In this document: one piece after another, positions 9,624 to 19,661 of the stretch
How the letters are laid out: the number at the start of each line of letters is the position of its first letter
How positions within the stretch are numbered: position 1 is the first letter of the stretch
NCBI GenBank assembly: GCA_934467415.1
Contig: CAKSLQ010000010.1
Coordinates: forward strand, 9,101-73,100
Length of the DNA: 64,000 nt
Direction: 5' to 3'
From: an uncultured Eubacteriales bacterium
Lineage (GTDB): Bacteria; Bacillota; Clostridia; Oscillospirales; CAG-272
Program-made: the position numbers and the translations under genes
Notes under the pieces: model-generated
Told to the model about the DNA's origin: nothing
The model's input: only the letters and a program-made list of their open reading frames with translations
Database searches by the model: none

Positions 9624-10382
9624 ATGACCGACGATTACAGCGCGCTTTCCGCCGTATATGACACCTTGAACGGCGACCTCGACTACGAGGCGTGGGCGGA
9701 CTATCTCGACCGCGAGATCCGCGCGCACACGGACATCCCCGCAAAGCTCGTGCTCGACCTGTGCTGCGGCACGGGGACGATGACGCTGGCGCTCGACCGC
9801 CGCGGCTATGACATGACCGGCGTGGACCGTTCGCCCGAGATGCTCTCGGTCGCACGGGAAAAAGCGGCGGCGGCCGGGCGCGGCGACGCCATTCTTTTTC
9901 TTTGTCAGGATATGCTGTCCTTTGAGCTGTACGGCACGGTGCAGGCCGTGGTCTCCACGCTCGACTCGGTCAACCATGTGGACGGCAAGGCGGATTTTAT
10001 GCAGATGCTCGCGCTTGTCCGCAATTATCTCGAGCCGGGCGGGCTGTTTCTGTTCGACGTGAATTCGCCGTACAAATTCCGGGAGATCTACGGCACAAAC
10101 GCCTATGTCCTCGAGGACGAGGGCGTGCTCTGCGCCTGGCAGAATCTCTACGACCCGAAGACGCGGCTGTGCGAATTTTTCACCAGCGTCTTCACCGAGG
10201 ACGCGGACGGGCGCTACACCCGCCGCGACGACTACGAGCGCGAGACCTGCTTCACCCCGGCCGAGATCCGCAAAATGCTTGAAAAGAGCGGCTTTGCGGT
10301 GATCTCGGAACACGGCGGCACGGACGGCAGTGCCCCGGTGCGCGACACCGAGCGCATTTATTTCACCGCGAAACGGCTGTGA
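9624..10382 (+). CDS. Class I SAM-dependent methyltransferase
   Basis: Motif [13 protein letters not shown], followed by [13 protein letters not shown] upstream. Confidence 0.8.
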   Translation: MTDDYSALSAVYDTLNGDLDYEAWADYLDREIRAHTDIPAKLVLDLCCGTGTMTLALDRRGYDMTGVDRSPEMLSVAREKAAAAGRGDAILFLCQDMLSFELYGTVQAVVSTLDSVNHVDGKADFMQMLALVRNYLEPGGLFLFDVNSPYKFREIYGTNAYVLEDEGVLCAWQNLYDPKTRLCEFFTSVFTEDADGRYTRRDDYERETCFTPAEIRKMLEKSGFAVISEHGGTDGSAPVRDTERIYFTAKRL

Positions 10383-10413
10383 CGCGGATTTCGGCAAAGC
10401 AAGAGGAATTACG

Positions 10414-11325
10414 ATGGAAAATACGACTAAAATACAGAGATCCGAAATGCTGCGTGCGATGACGCGGGACGGCAGCGCCCGCATCCACGTCATCAACTCG
10501 ACCGCCATGGTCGAGGAAATGCGGCGCATCCATAATACCGCGCCCACGGCGACGGCGGCGGCGGGCAGACTGCTGACGGCGGCGTCGATCCTCGGTTCGA
10601 TGTGCGGCGAAAAGCAGGACACGGTCAGCCTCACGGTGGCGGGCGACGGCATCCTCGGCAAGCTGATCGCCGTCGGCGACTACTACGGCAACGCCAAGTG
10701 CTATGTCGAGAATCCGGCGGCGCACCTGCCGGTGCGTTCGGACGGCAAGCTGGATGTGGGCGGCGCGGTCGGCGCGGGGCGTCTGACCGTCGTGCGCGAA
10801 TGCGGGCAGGCCGAGCCGCACGTCGGCACGGTCGAGCTGCGCAGCGGCGAGATCGCCGAGGACGTGGCGGCCTACTTTGCCGAGAGCGAGCAGATCCCGA
10901 CGCTGCTGGCACTCGGCGTGCTGGTGGACAGGGACGCGACCGTCCGCGCGGCGGGCGGTGTGCTCGTGCAGCTGCTGCCCTTTGCGGATGAGGCGGTCGT
11001 CGCCAAGCTCGAAGAGAACGCGGCGGCGCTCACCAACGTCTCGCATCTGTTCGACGCGGGCAAGAGCCTCACGGACATCGCCGATATTGCGCTGCGCGGC
11101 ATCGAATACGACCCCTTCGACGTGCTGGACGTCGATTACCGCTGCGGCTGCTCGCGCGACCGCATGAAGCGCGCGCTGCTCTCGGTGGGCAAAAAGGATC
11201 TGCTCGACATGTTCGCCGAGCAGGCCGCCGAGGGCAAGCCGGAGGAACTCGAGCTGTCCTGCCGGTTCTGCAATGCGGCCTACCGCTTCACGAAGCGCGA
11301 CCTCGGGCTCGCGCAGGAAATTTGA
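10414..11325 (+). CDS. hslO: Redox-regulated chaperone Hsp33
   Basis: ATG 10414 follows AAGAGGA. N-terminal ..[17 protein letters not shown]... C-terminal zinc centre CGCSRD...[10 protein letters not shown] (CXC..CXXC). Confidence 0.88.
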   Translation: MENTTKIQRSEMLRAMTRDGSARIHVINSTAMVEEMRRIHNTAPTATAAAGRLLTAASILGSMCGEKQDTVSLTVAGDGILGKLIAVGDYYGNAKCYVENPAAHLPVRSDGKLDVGGAVGAGRLTVVRECGQAEPHVGTVELRSGEIAEDVAAYFAESEQIPTLLALGVLVDRDATVRAAGGVLVQLLPFADEAVVAKLEENAAALTNVSHLFDAGKSLTDIADIALRGIEYDPFDVLDVDYRCGCSRDRMKRALLSVGKKDLLDMFAEQAAEGKPEELELSCRFCNAAYRFTKRDLGLAQEI

Positions 11326-11346
11326 TGAAAATTCACAGAAAAAACA

Positions 11347-11375
11347 TTTACATTTCGGTGGGAATGTGCTATCAT
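11347..11375 (+). promoter_or_regulatory. Promoter of the TF-like lipoprotein trio
   Basis: TTTACA-17 nt-TATCAT, 31 nt upstream of ATG 11406. Confidence 0.5.
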
Positions 11376-11405
11376 ATTGAAGTCTAACGACTACGGAGGA
11401 CGAGA

Positions 11406-12725
11406 ATGAAAAAAATTCTTTACGCGACGCTTGTCACGGCACTTGTTTTTGCACTCGGCGGCTGCGGCGGCGACAAACCGCCCGCGACATCCGATCCTGC
11501 GGTGTCGTCCGACACCGTGACCGAGGCTGTCACGTCTGCGCCGACCTCCGAAGTCCCCGTAAGCTCCGGGGACGAGCCGATCGTGACGACCGTTCCGACG
11601 GATACACAGACGCCCGTGACGACGAAGGCGCCCGAGACGGACGTGACCGAGCCGACCTCGTCCACGCCTCCGGCCGAGACCACGTCTCCGGCCGTGCCGG
11701 ACGACACGACGGCGGCCTCCGGCACGGATGTGCCGGAAGAGCCGTTTGACTTTGCGAAAAGCGATCTTAAGCCCTACTTCGAGCTGGGCAAATACCTCGG
11801 CATCGAGGTGCCGGTCGCGGGGGCGACCCCGGTGACCGACGCGGACGTTGCGGAGCGGCTGACCGCGGCGGTGGCAAATCTGCCCGCCGAGGCGATGATC
11901 ACCGACCGCGCGGCCGAGAAGGGCGACACGGTCAGCATCGACTTTGTCGGCGTCATGGACGGCATCGCCTTTGAAGGCGGCAGTGCGCCCGGCTTTATGC
12001 TGACGCTCGGCTCCGGCGCGCTGATCGACGGCTTCGAGGACGGCGTCGTCGGCATGATGCCGGGCGAGGAAAAGCAGCTCGATCTGGTTTTTCCGGAGAC
12101 CTACAGCCCGACTTTTGCGGGCAAGGCGGCCGTGTTCACGGTCAAGCTCAACCATATCTACCCCGTGCCGAACGACGCGATCGCCGTGCAGTACTGGAAT
12201 GCGGAGTCGCTCGACGCTTATCGCGCGGCACTGCGCGCAAAGCTGGAGGGCGAGGCGCAGGCGGCGTTTGAAGTTGCCAAGGAGGAGGCCGCGTGGACAA
12301 AGGCGCTGGCCAATTCCCGCGTGATTCAGTACCCCGAGGCCGCGCTGAGCGAGGCGTTTGACAACAACGTCCGCGCATACGAGCAGCTTGCGGCGATGTA
12401 CCACATCACCTACGAGGAGCTTTTCCCGACGTTCTACGGCCTGTCGGTCAAAGAGGCCGAGACCATCCTGTTCGACAGCGCAAAGAACATGACGGCGCAG
12501 CGGCTGCTGCTCTATGCCGTCTCCAAGGATATGGGGCTGGACGTCTCGGACGAGAAGTTTGAGGCGGAGCTGGCGGCAACGGCGGCGGTGCTCGGGCTGG
12601 ACAGCGTGGATGCGCTGGTCGCGCAGCTCGGCAAATCGAAGACCGCGCTCAAGGAAGACAAGCTCTATGCCGAGGTCATCACCAAGATCACGGCGGCGGC
12701 CAATTTCGTCGTGACCGGCTCGTGA
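11406..12725 (+). CDS. Lipoprotein with trigger-factor-type FKBP PPIase and TF C-terminal-like domains (paralog 1, long T/P/S-rich linker)
   Basis: GGAGGA SD. Lipobox FALGGC. About 100-aa T/P/S-rich linker. GDTVSIDFVGVMDGIAFEGGSA..LGSGALIDGFEDGVVGM..FAGKAAVFTVKLNHI matches the trigger factor PPIase core. No TF ribosome-binding N-domain. Confidence 0.8.
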   Translation: MKKILYATLVTALVFALGGCGGDKPPATSDPAVSSDTVTEAVTSAPTSEVPVSSGDEPIVTTVPTDTQTPVTTKAPETDVTEPTSSTPPAETTSPAVPDDTTAASGTDVPEEPFDFAKSDLKPYFELGKYLGIEVPVAGATPVTDADVAERLTAAVANLPAEAMITDRAAEKGDTVSIDFVGVMDGIAFEGGSAPGFMLTLGSGALIDGFEDGVVGMMPGEEKQLDLVFPETYSPTFAGKAAVFTVKLNHIYPVPNDAIAVQYWNAESLDAYRAALRAKLEGEAQAAFEVAKEEAAWTKALANSRVIQYPEAALSEAFDNNVRAYEQLAAMYHITYEELFPTFYGLSVKEAETILFDSAKNMTAQRLLLYAVSKDMGLDVSDEKFEAELAATAAVLGLDSVDALVAQLGKSKTALKEDKLYAEVITKITAAANFVVTGS

Positions 12726-12767
12726 CGAAGGCAAATCCGAAAAGTACAGAATAAAAAGGACAGCGAC

Positions 12768-13940
12768 ATGAAAAGATTACTGGCAGGTACGCTTGCCGCG
12801 CTGATGCTGCTCACGGCGGCGTCCTGCGGCAAAACCAACGGAGAAGAGACCACGGCGTCCTCGACGGCGGATACGTCCGGGACGACCGAAGCCACCGAAT
12901 ATACGCCGACCGAGCAGAACTGGCCCGACGGCTTTGACTACACCGCGATCAACCTTGCGGACTATATCAAACTCGGCAAGTACAAGGGCGTGACCGTCAC
13001 GCTGACCACCTCGAGCGAGATCACCGCCGCCGATGTGGAGAAGTACATCGAGGATGTGCGCACGCAGCACAGCCGCACCGTGGAGATCACCGACCGCGGC
13101 GCGAAGAACGGTGACGAGCTGGTGATCGACTACAAGGGGACGCTGGACGGCGTTGCCTTTGAGGGCGGCACGGCGACGGGTACGACCCTCACGCTGGGCG
13201 CCGGCGGCTGGATCGACGGCTTTGAAGACGGCATGGTCGGCATGAAGGCCGGCGAGACCAAGACGATCGACGCCACCTTCCCCGACCCCTACAAGAACAA
13301 CCCCGACCTCGCGGGCAAGACCGTGCAGTTTGAGATCACGGTGCATTCGGTCTCCGAGACGGTCATCCCCGAGTACAACGACGCATTCGTGCGTGACAAC
13401 TTCGACTTTGCCACCATGGCGGAGTATGAGGCTTCCGTCCGCAAGACGCTGGCCGAGGAGCGGCAGGATGAGATTGCCGCGGAGAAGCAGTCCGCCACGC
13501 TGGCCGTCGCCGTGGACAACGCCGAGGTGCTGAAGTACCCCGAGGGCGTCGTCGAGGACTACATGGCGCAGCAGATTGACTATGTGCGCTATTATGCGGC
13601 GCAGTACGGCATGAGCTATGCGGACTTCGTTTCCGCCGCCACCGGTGAGGACGTCGAGACCTATGAGGCCGCGGTCCGCACGGGCGCGGAGCAGTCGGTC
13701 AAGGAGGAGCTGGTCATCTGGGCCATCGCCGAGGCGGAGAACTTCACGATCTCCGACGAGCGGCGCGCGTCCGAGCTTGCATCGCTGCTTTCTTACTATA
13801 ACTACGACGACCTTGCGTCGATGTGCGAGGCATACGGCTTCACCGAGGAATACATGAACAGAACCATGACCTACTCGATCTACTATGTCGATGCACTGGA
13901 TATGCTTGTAGAAAACGCAACCTTCACGGGTGCGAAATGA
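12768..13940 (+). CDS. Trigger-factor-like FKBP lipoprotein (paralog 2)
   Basis: Lipobox LTAASC. GDELVIDYKGTLDGVAFEGGTA..GAGGWIDGFEDGMVGMKAGE..LAGKTVQFEITVHSV. Confidence 0.8.
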   Translation: MKRLLAGTLAALMLLTAASCGKTNGEETTASSTADTSGTTEATEYTPTEQNWPDGFDYTAINLADYIKLGKYKGVTVTLTTSSEITAADVEKYIEDVRTQHSRTVEITDRGAKNGDELVIDYKGTLDGVAFEGGTATGTTLTLGAGGWIDGFEDGMVGMKAGETKTIDATFPDPYKNNPDLAGKTVQFEITVHSVSETVIPEYNDAFVRDNFDFATMAEYEASVRKTLAEERQDEIAAEKQSATLAVAVDNAEVLKYPEGVVEDYMAQQIDYVRYYAAQYGMSYADFVSAATGEDVETYEAAVRTGAEQSVKEELVIWAIAEAENFTISDERRASELASLLSYYNYDDLASMCEAYGFTEEYMNRTMTYSIYYVDALDMLVENATFTGAK

Positions 13941-13957
13941 TAAGGAGATTATACACC

Positions 13958-15076
13958 ATGAAAAAGACACTCGCACTGATCCTGACCGGCGTTTTGCTGG
14001 TTCTTGCCCTCGCATCCTGCGGGAGCGCCAAGGACTATGTCAACTACGCAAAGACCGACCTTTCGGCTTATGTGACCCCCGGTGCATACAAGAACCTGAC
14101 GGTCGAGCTCCCGCACGTTGACCCCGTGGACGACGCGGCCGTTGACGCCGAGATCAAGGAAGTGCTGGAAGCACACAAGACCCTCACCACCGTGGAGCGC
14201 GCGGCTGCTGCGGGCGACACCGTCAACATTGATTACGTCGGCTCGATCGACGGCGTCGAGTTTGAGAACGGCGCCGACACCGACTCCGAGCTGGTGCTCG
14301 GCGACGGCGGCATGATCGACGGCTTTGAAGACGGCATCGTCGGCATGACGGCGGGCGAGACCAAGACGGTCGATGCGACCTTCCCGGATCCCTACGAGAA
14401 CAACCCCGACCTTGCCGGCAAGACCGCGCAGTTCAAGATTACGCTGAACGCCGTCAAGGAAGAGACCGTTCCCGAGCTGACCGACGCTCTCGTTGCGGAG
14501 CTGGCAGGTGACGGTCACAGCCACATCGACGACGAACACAAGGACAGCGTCAAGACGGCTGAGGACTACCGCGCCTATGTCCGCGAGCAGCTGGAGGAGA
14601 CCTACAACGACAGCGTCCGCAAGAATCAGTATCTCTACACCTGGACGGCCATCGTCAACGGCTGTGAGATCAAGAAGTATCCCGAGAGCGCCGTCAAGAA
14701 GCTCGGCAAGGATCTCTACAACTACAACTACACCTGGTTTGTCGCATCCGGCTATGCCAACTACGGGCTGACCCCGGCAAATCTCGGCATCACCGAGGAG
14801 AGCTGCAACGAGCAGGCGCGTGAGACCATCAAGGAAGAGCTTGCCCTGTGGGCGATCGCCAAGGCGAACGACATCAAGGTCAGCGATGAGGAGTACACCG
14901 CAAAGCTGAACGCGCTGGTCGAGAGCGTCAACGAGGGCCTTTCGGAGGGGACGACGCCCTACACGGCGGAGACCTATCTGAAGACCACCTCGCGCCAGAG
15001 CATCGAGACGAAGGTGCTTTATGACAAGATCGTCGGCGAGGCGATCGCAAGCGCAACCTTCACCGAGGCTGAGTAA
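13958..15076 (+). CDS. Trigger-factor-like FKBP lipoprotein (paralog 3)
   Basis: ATG 13958 follows AAGGAG. Lipobox LALASC. GDTVNIDYVGSIDGVEFENGAD..GDGGMIDGFEDGIVGMTAGE..LAGKTAQFKITLNAV. Confidence 0.8.
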   Translation: MKKTLALILTGVLLVLALASCGSAKDYVNYAKTDLSAYVTPGAYKNLTVELPHVDPVDDAAVDAEIKEVLEAHKTLTTVERAAAAGDTVNIDYVGSIDGVEFENGADTDSELVLGDGGMIDGFEDGIVGMTAGETKTVDATFPDPYENNPDLAGKTAQFKITLNAVKEETVPELTDALVAELAGDGHSHIDDEHKDSVKTAEDYRAYVREQLEETYNDSVRKNQYLYTWTAIVNGCEIKKYPESAVKKLGKDLYNYNYTWFVASGYANYGLTPANLGITEESCNEQARETIKEELALWAIAKANDIKVSDEEYTAKLNALVESVNEGLSEGTTPYTAETYLKTTSRQSIETKVLYDKIVGEAIASATFTEAE

Positions 15077-15083
15077 GGGCTGT

Positions 15084-15279
15084 GAAAAAAGCGCAGACCG
15101 AAAAAGGGGAAGTATAAACGAAAATTGCCTTTGCAATGCTTTTGTGCAAAGCGTTTCGGTCGGAATCCGCAAGGGCGGATTCCAAGGTCAGTTTCCCCTT
15201 TTTCTCTCACCGAAAGCCGCCTCTGCCGTATGCAAATACGGCGACGGGCGGCTTTCGGCGATTCTGCATCTTTTTTCCC
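15084..15279 (+). repeat. Family-B post-stop-codon element, copy 1 (with an approximately 85-nt loop insertion)
   Basis: gaaaaaagcgcagaccgaa + stem gaaaaaggggaa/ttcccctttttc + ctgccgtatgcaaatacggcg + attctgcatcttttttccc. Begins 8 nt after the stop at 15076. Confidence 0.8.
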
Positions 15280-15400
15280 GAGCCCTGCGGACGAACGGCA
15301 AAATAGAAGAAGTCGCCGAAATTTTTGATTTCGGCGGCTTCTTTTTTGTTTGAAATCACACGCGGCTATTCCCGAAAATAAGCCTTGCCGCGCGCGGCGG

Positions 15401-15429
15401 TTGACGGCGGGTTGGCTTTGCGGTATAAT
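15401..15429 (+). promoter_or_regulatory. Promoter of SLH protein gene 15466
   Basis: TTGACG-17 nt-TATAAT. Confidence 0.6.
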
Positions 15430-15465
15430 GTAACTGTAAAGTTTTGACCCACAGGAGGTTTTACA

Positions 15466-17271
15466 ATGAAAAAGCTGATCTGCATGATGCTGGCGGCACT
15501 TCTGGCGGTTTCGGTCCTGCCCTTTGCGGTCTTCGCCGCGGACACGCCGAACGACCCGCCGTATGTGACGAGCGACGCATTCGTGTTCATGGATTACGCC
15601 GCGGGCGCAGACGCCGCCACCGGCAAGTCCGCATCCACCGCGAAGAAGGGCTTCGGCTCGCTCAAGGGCAAGGGTGCGATCGGGGCTGTCGCAAAGGGCG
15701 GCACGGTCATTCTCAGCGGCAAGGCTTACGTCGGCGCAAACTATACGCTGAAGGTGCCGGGTACGGTGCTGTTCACCTCCAAGTATGCGGGCGTTGACTA
15801 TATGAAGAAGGAGCCCGCGTCCAACCCGGATACCGGCTTCAAGATGAAGGCGGGCGTGGATTTCATCATCCAGAGCAACGTCATTTTCGATGATATGATC
15901 CTGTTCCAGGAGTCGGCCACGCAGACCGTCATCACGGTGGAGAGCGGCGCGACGCTGGTCATCGGCAAGAATATCGTCACCATGTCCAAGAGCGACGTCA
16001 AGATGAAGATCGCGGTGGAGTCGGGCGGGCGCCTGATTCTCGGCGGCGGCGATTTTGACATCGAGAACAACGGCGGCGAGGTCTATACAAACTATTCCTA
16101 CGAATACAACAAGGCCACCCAGCAGGAGACGAAGCCCGAGGAGACGCCGGACTACAGCGGCGAGGCTGCGGGCGTCGGCTACATCGACTACAACAACGGC
16201 AATAATGTCAATGACGGTCTGTCCGCCGCCAAGGCGAAGAAGCAGGTGCTCTCGCCCGAGTCGAACGGCGTGCTCTCCATCGTCCGCGGCGGCGGCACGC
16301 TGGTGGCCTCCGGCAGACTGTATCTCGGCGCGGATTTCACCATTCCGAAGCTCGGCGGCTATCTGACGATCACCGGCGAATACGGCGGCACGAGCTATGT
16401 CAACCGTGAGCCCGCGACAAACCCGGCGGGCGGCGTCATCAAGATGGCCAATGGCAAGACGCTCACCATCAGCACCGATGCACGCATCGACAACATCATC
16501 TTCTTCCAGGAGGGCGCAACGCAGAATACGATCGCCGTCGGCGCCGGCGCAACCGTGACGATCGGCCGCGGCGTCGAGTGCATGACGAAGCAGGCGTTCA
16601 ACGCGCGGCTCGTCGTCGAAGCGGGCGGTGTTGCGATTTTCGAGGGCGAAAACCCGTTTGAGTCGGTCGAGGGCGACGGCGTCGCCATCTTTGAAGGCTC
16701 GGATGCAGGCAGGTTTGAGCCCACCCGCATCTACACCGGCAACTTCACCGACGTCCCCGAGACCGCATGGTTCTACACCTACGTCAAGACGGCCTACGAA
16801 TATGCGCTGGCCAACGGCACGAGTGCAAAGCAGTTCTCGCCCGACGGCAAGTTCACGGTCGCGCAGGCGCTGACCGCGGCGGCCAACATCCATGTGGCCT
16901 ACACCGGCGGCAGCATCAACACCGCGGGCGCGAAGAACTGGTATGATCCCTATGTGGATTACTGCATGGCAAACGGCATCGCGAAGGCGGGTCAGTTTGC
17001 GGATTACAACAAGAACATCACGCGCGGCGATATGGCGATTGTTTTTGTGAGCATCCTGCCCGCCGAGGAATATGCCGCCGTCCGCGACGGCGCATGCCCC
17101 GATGTGACCGACGCCATGGCCTGTGCGGCAGCCGTACAGAAGCTGTACCGCGCCGGCATCGTCGGCGGTGACGCCGGCACCGGCAACTACCGTCCGAACG
17201 ACGAGATCGCCCGCTCGGAGGCGTGCGTGATCTTCACCCGGATTGCCGCCGCCGAATACCGCGCAAAGTGA
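15466..17271 (+). CDS. Secreted SLH-anchored surface protein with two internal approximately 170-aa repeats
   Basis: AGGAGG SD. Signal peptide ..VLPFAVFA/AD. Two paralogous beta-rich repeats (..NPDTGFKMKAGVDFIIQSNVIFDDMILFQE.. and ..NPAGGVIKMANGKTLTISTDARIDNIIFFQE..). Three C-terminal SLH-like units (FTDVPETAWFYTYVKTAYEYALANG..). Confidence 0.75.
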   Translation: MKKLICMMLAALLAVSVLPFAVFAADTPNDPPYVTSDAFVFMDYAAGADAATGKSASTAKKGFGSLKGKGAIGAVAKGGTVILSGKAYVGANYTLKVPGTVLFTSKYAGVDYMKKEPASNPDTGFKMKAGVDFIIQSNVIFDDMILFQESATQTVITVESGATLVIGKNIVTMSKSDVKMKIAVESGGRLILGGGDFDIENNGGEVYTNYSYEYNKATQQETKPEETPDYSGEAAGVGYIDYNNGNNVNDGLSAAKAKKQVLSPESNGVLSIVRGGGTLVASGRLYLGADFTIPKLGGYLTITGEYGGTSYVNREPATNPAGGVIKMANGKTLTISTDARIDNIIFFQEGATQNTIAVGAGATVTIGRGVECMTKQAFNARLVVEAGGVAIFEGENPFESVEGDGVAIFEGSDAGRFEPTRIYTGNFTDVPETAWFYTYVKTAYEYALANGTSAKQFSPDGKFTVAQALTAAANIHVAYTGGSINTAGAKNWYDPYVDYCMANGIAKAGQFADYNKNITRGDMAIVFVSILPAEEYAAVRDGACPDVTDAMACAAAVQKLYRAGIVGGDAGTGNYRPNDEIARSEACVIFTRIAAAEYRAK

Positions 17272-17277
17272 TGCGGC

Positions 17278-17347
17278 GTAAAAAAGGCGCAGAGCGAAAA
17301 GCAGCCCGCGAGGGCTGTTTTTCTTTCGCCGACAGTCGCTTCTGATT
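17278..17347 (+). repeat. Family-B element, copy 3 (diverged)
   Basis: aaaaaggcgcagagcgaaaa + stem gaaaagcagccc/gggctgtttttc + cgacagtcgcttctgattcc. Begins 7 nt after the stop at 17271. Confidence 0.65.
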
Positions 17348-17419
17348 CCGTAGGGGCGGCCATTGGCCGCCCGCTTTTGCACCCCCCCGGCAGGCGGGCG
17401 ACGATGGTCGCCCCTACGG
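17348..17419. repeat. 72-nt compound palindrome with GTAGGGG ends
   Basis: Outer stem ccgtagggg / cccctacgg encloses the hairpins gggcggcc-att-ggccgccc and gggcgac-gatg-gtcgccc. Confidence 0.8.
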
Positions 17420-17524
17420 GATGGCGGAAACTGTGTGCAATCTTTTTTGCCGCTTTTTGTTTGTTTTGACCTATGCCGCAACATTTTTTGCAAACAGAAT
17501 CGGAAAAACTGTACAATGCAAGAC

Positions 17525-17553
17525 TTGACTTTGCGCGTTCGCCATGCGAAAAT
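17525..17553 (+). promoter_or_regulatory. Promoter of SLH protein gene 17598
   Basis: TTGACT-17 nt-GAAAAT. Confidence 0.4.
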
Positions 17554-17597
17554 AGAGATGATGAGAATTCGGCTGCGGCCGACACAAGGAGGAACCT

Positions 17598-19574
17598 ATG
17601 AAACAGTTTTTGCGCGGCGTGACGGCGGCATTTTTGCTGGCCGCGATCCTGTGCCTCGGGGCGTTTGCCGCCGAGACCGTGATCTATGAGAACGACTTTT
17701 CGGACCCGGCGACGCTCGCCGACTTCAAGCAGTACCGCATCGAGTGGGAGATCCGCGACGGCGGCCTGTACCTGACCGACAAGCTCGACCCGGCCATCCC
17801 GGATCAGAAGCCCGAAACCACCTTTGCTCACATCATTTATCAGGCGGAGAAGGCCCTCGATGAATACATCGTCGAGGTGGACTACATGAACATCCAGACC
17901 TCGGGCGGCATCATCTTCAATGCGGACAAGGATGCGGCCGGTACGGGCACCAACGCCTTCTACGGCTATCTTGCGTTCATCGCCAACGACGCGGCCAAGG
18001 GTGCGCTCGGCGGCGGCGACACCAAGGGGGACTGGAAGGGAAACATCAACGTGGGTGCGCCCGCCAACTGCAACCTCGGCACCAACGCGCACATCAAGGT
18101 CACCGTCAAGGGCGGCATGATCCATGTCGAGATCACCAATAAAGACTCGGGCAAGCCGATTTACGACTACACCTACAAGATCGGCAGCTCCGACAAGGAC
18201 GCAAACTGGGTCGAGGGGACGGTCGGCCTGCGTATGCGCGCCGAATATGCCGCAAACTTCGCGGTCTCGGCGGGCAACGCCTACTTCGACAACCTGAAGA
18301 TCACCACGGCCAAAGAGGCCGTCATCGGCGAAGCTGCGCCCGTTACCCCGACCGAACCGGCTGCGGGCGAAAAGCTCATCGACACCTCGTCCATCGAGAC
18401 CGTCTATGAAAACAGTTTTGACAGCGAGAACGCGCTCGCGGACTTCAAGCAGTACCGCGGCGACTGGGCGGTCAAGGACGGCAGGCTGTGCATGACCGGG
18501 GCCGGCGGCGGTCAATCCTTCATCCTGTTTGAGGGCGATTCCGCGATCACGTCCATGGCCGATTATGTGCTGGATGTGGACATGTACAACACGCAGACGC
18601 AGGCGGGCGCGATCGTCCGTTCCGACCTTGCAAACATCAGCGATACCGACAACGGCTTCTGCGGCTACATCGGCTTTATCTCCTTTGACGGCAAGCTCGG
18701 CGCCTTCGGCTACGGCAAGCCGGACGGTTCGTGGGGCGGCAACATCAAGGTCAGCGGCGAGGTTGTCGCGCCCGGCTCGGACATCCATCTGCAAATCGCG
18801 GTCAAGGGTGAGACGGTGCAGTATGTCATCACCGATCTTGCGAGCGGCAAGGAGCTTTGGAGCTATGCCGGCACGCACACGGCACACACGGCGGGCAGCT
18901 TCGGCTTCCGCTTCTACGGCAAGACGCGCGACGGCCTCGACAATAAGAACACGACGCTCGACAATCTGAAGATTTCGCGCTTCGTCGATAAGCCCGCGGA
19001 TCCCGGGAAGGGTTTCAAGCCCACGCGCACCTATGGGGGTCAGTTTGCGGACGTGGCGTCCCACTGGTCGCTCGAATATGTGAAGACGGCGTATGAATAC
19101 GGTCTGGCCAACGGCACGAGCGCATCCGCGTTCTCGCCCGAGGGGACGTTTACGGTCGCGCAGGCGCTGACCGCGGCGGCCAACATCCACACCGCGTACA
19201 ACGGCACAAAGGTTCGCGCGGCGGCGGCAGGCGAGGCATGGTACACGCCCTACGTTGAATACTGCGTGACAAACGGCATCATCAAAGATGGCCAGTTTGC
19301 CGACTACAACAAGAACATCACGCGCGGCGAGATGGCGATCGTCTTTGCCAACATCCTGCCCGAGAGCGAATATGCGGCGATCCGCACCTACACGCTCTCC
19401 GATATGAACGACACGCTGCCCTCCGCGGCGGCCGTGAAGAAGCTCGCCGAGGCGGGCATCGTCGGCGGCGCGGGCGGCAAGTACAACCCGCAGAATGACA
19501 TCAAGCGCGGCGAAGCCTGCGTCATCTTTACCCGCATCGCCGTTGCCTCCATGCGCGACGCAAAAGCCAACTGA
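17598..19574 (+). CDS. Secreted SLH-anchored protein with two ConA-like (DUF1080/LamG-type) lectin/glucanase-fold repeats
   Basis: AAGGAGG SD. Signal peptide ..CLGAFA/AE. Duplicated module (ENDFSDPATLADFKQYRIEWEIRDGGLYL and ENSFDSENALADFKQYRGDWAVKDGRLCM). C-terminal SLH triplet paralogous to the one in 15466..17271. Confidence 0.7.
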   Translation: MKQFLRGVTAAFLLAAILCLGAFAAETVIYENDFSDPATLADFKQYRIEWEIRDGGLYLTDKLDPAIPDQKPETTFAHIIYQAEKALDEYIVEVDYMNIQTSGGIIFNADKDAAGTGTNAFYGYLAFIANDAAKGALGGGDTKGDWKGNINVGAPANCNLGTNAHIKVTVKGGMIHVEITNKDSGKPIYDYTYKIGSSDKDANWVEGTVGLRMRAEYAANFAVSAGNAYFDNLKITTAKEAVIGEAAPVTPTEPAAGEKLIDTSSIETVYENSFDSENALADFKQYRGDWAVKDGRLCMTGAGGGQSFILFEGDSAITSMADYVLDVDMYNTQTQAGAIVRSDLANISDTDNGFCGYIGFISFDGKLGAFGYGKPDGSWGGNIKVSGEVVAPGSDIHLQIAVKGETVQYVITDLASGKELWSYAGTHTAHTAGSFGFRFYGKTRDGLDNKNTTLDNLKISRFVDKPADPGKGFKPTRTYGGQFADVASHWSLEYVKTAYEYGLANGTSASAFSPEGTFTVAQALTAAANIHTAYNGTKVRAAAAGEAWYTPYVEYCVTNGIIKDGQFADYNKNITRGEMAIVFANILPESEYAAIRTYTLSDMNDTLPSAAAVKKLAEAGIVGGAGGKYNPQNDIKRGEACVIFTRIAVASMRDAKAN

Positions 19575-19582
19575 TCCATACA

Positions 19583-19613
19583 AAAAAGAGGCCCGTACCG
19601 GGCCTCTTTTTTT
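19583..19613 (+). terminator. Terminator after the SLH protein gene
   Basis: aaaaagaggccc gtacc gggcctcttttt plus a T-run (bidirectional shape). Confidence 0.75.
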
Positions 19614-19661
19614 GCGCGAAGGCGCGCGGATTTTGTTGAATAGCGCCTACGATTTATGAAC

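Noticed and set aside
3984-14015. Other long antisense ORFs (3984..5453, 5635..6993, 7215..8105, 8850..9482, 9531..10661, 10363..11046, 11391..12734, 12777..14015, 13949..15172)
   Set aside because: Each overlaps a confidently identified gene on the other strand and lacks both start signals and motifs.
15019-19583. Very long minus-strand ORFs (15019..17493, 824 aa; 17187..19583, 798 aa) opposite the two SLH protein genes
   Set aside because: They mirror real plus-strand genes that have SD sites, signal peptides and recognisable domains. Their products are Arg/Ala/Gly/Asp-rich low-complexity strings with no SD. This is the typical stop-codon-poor antisense frame of high-GC DNA.
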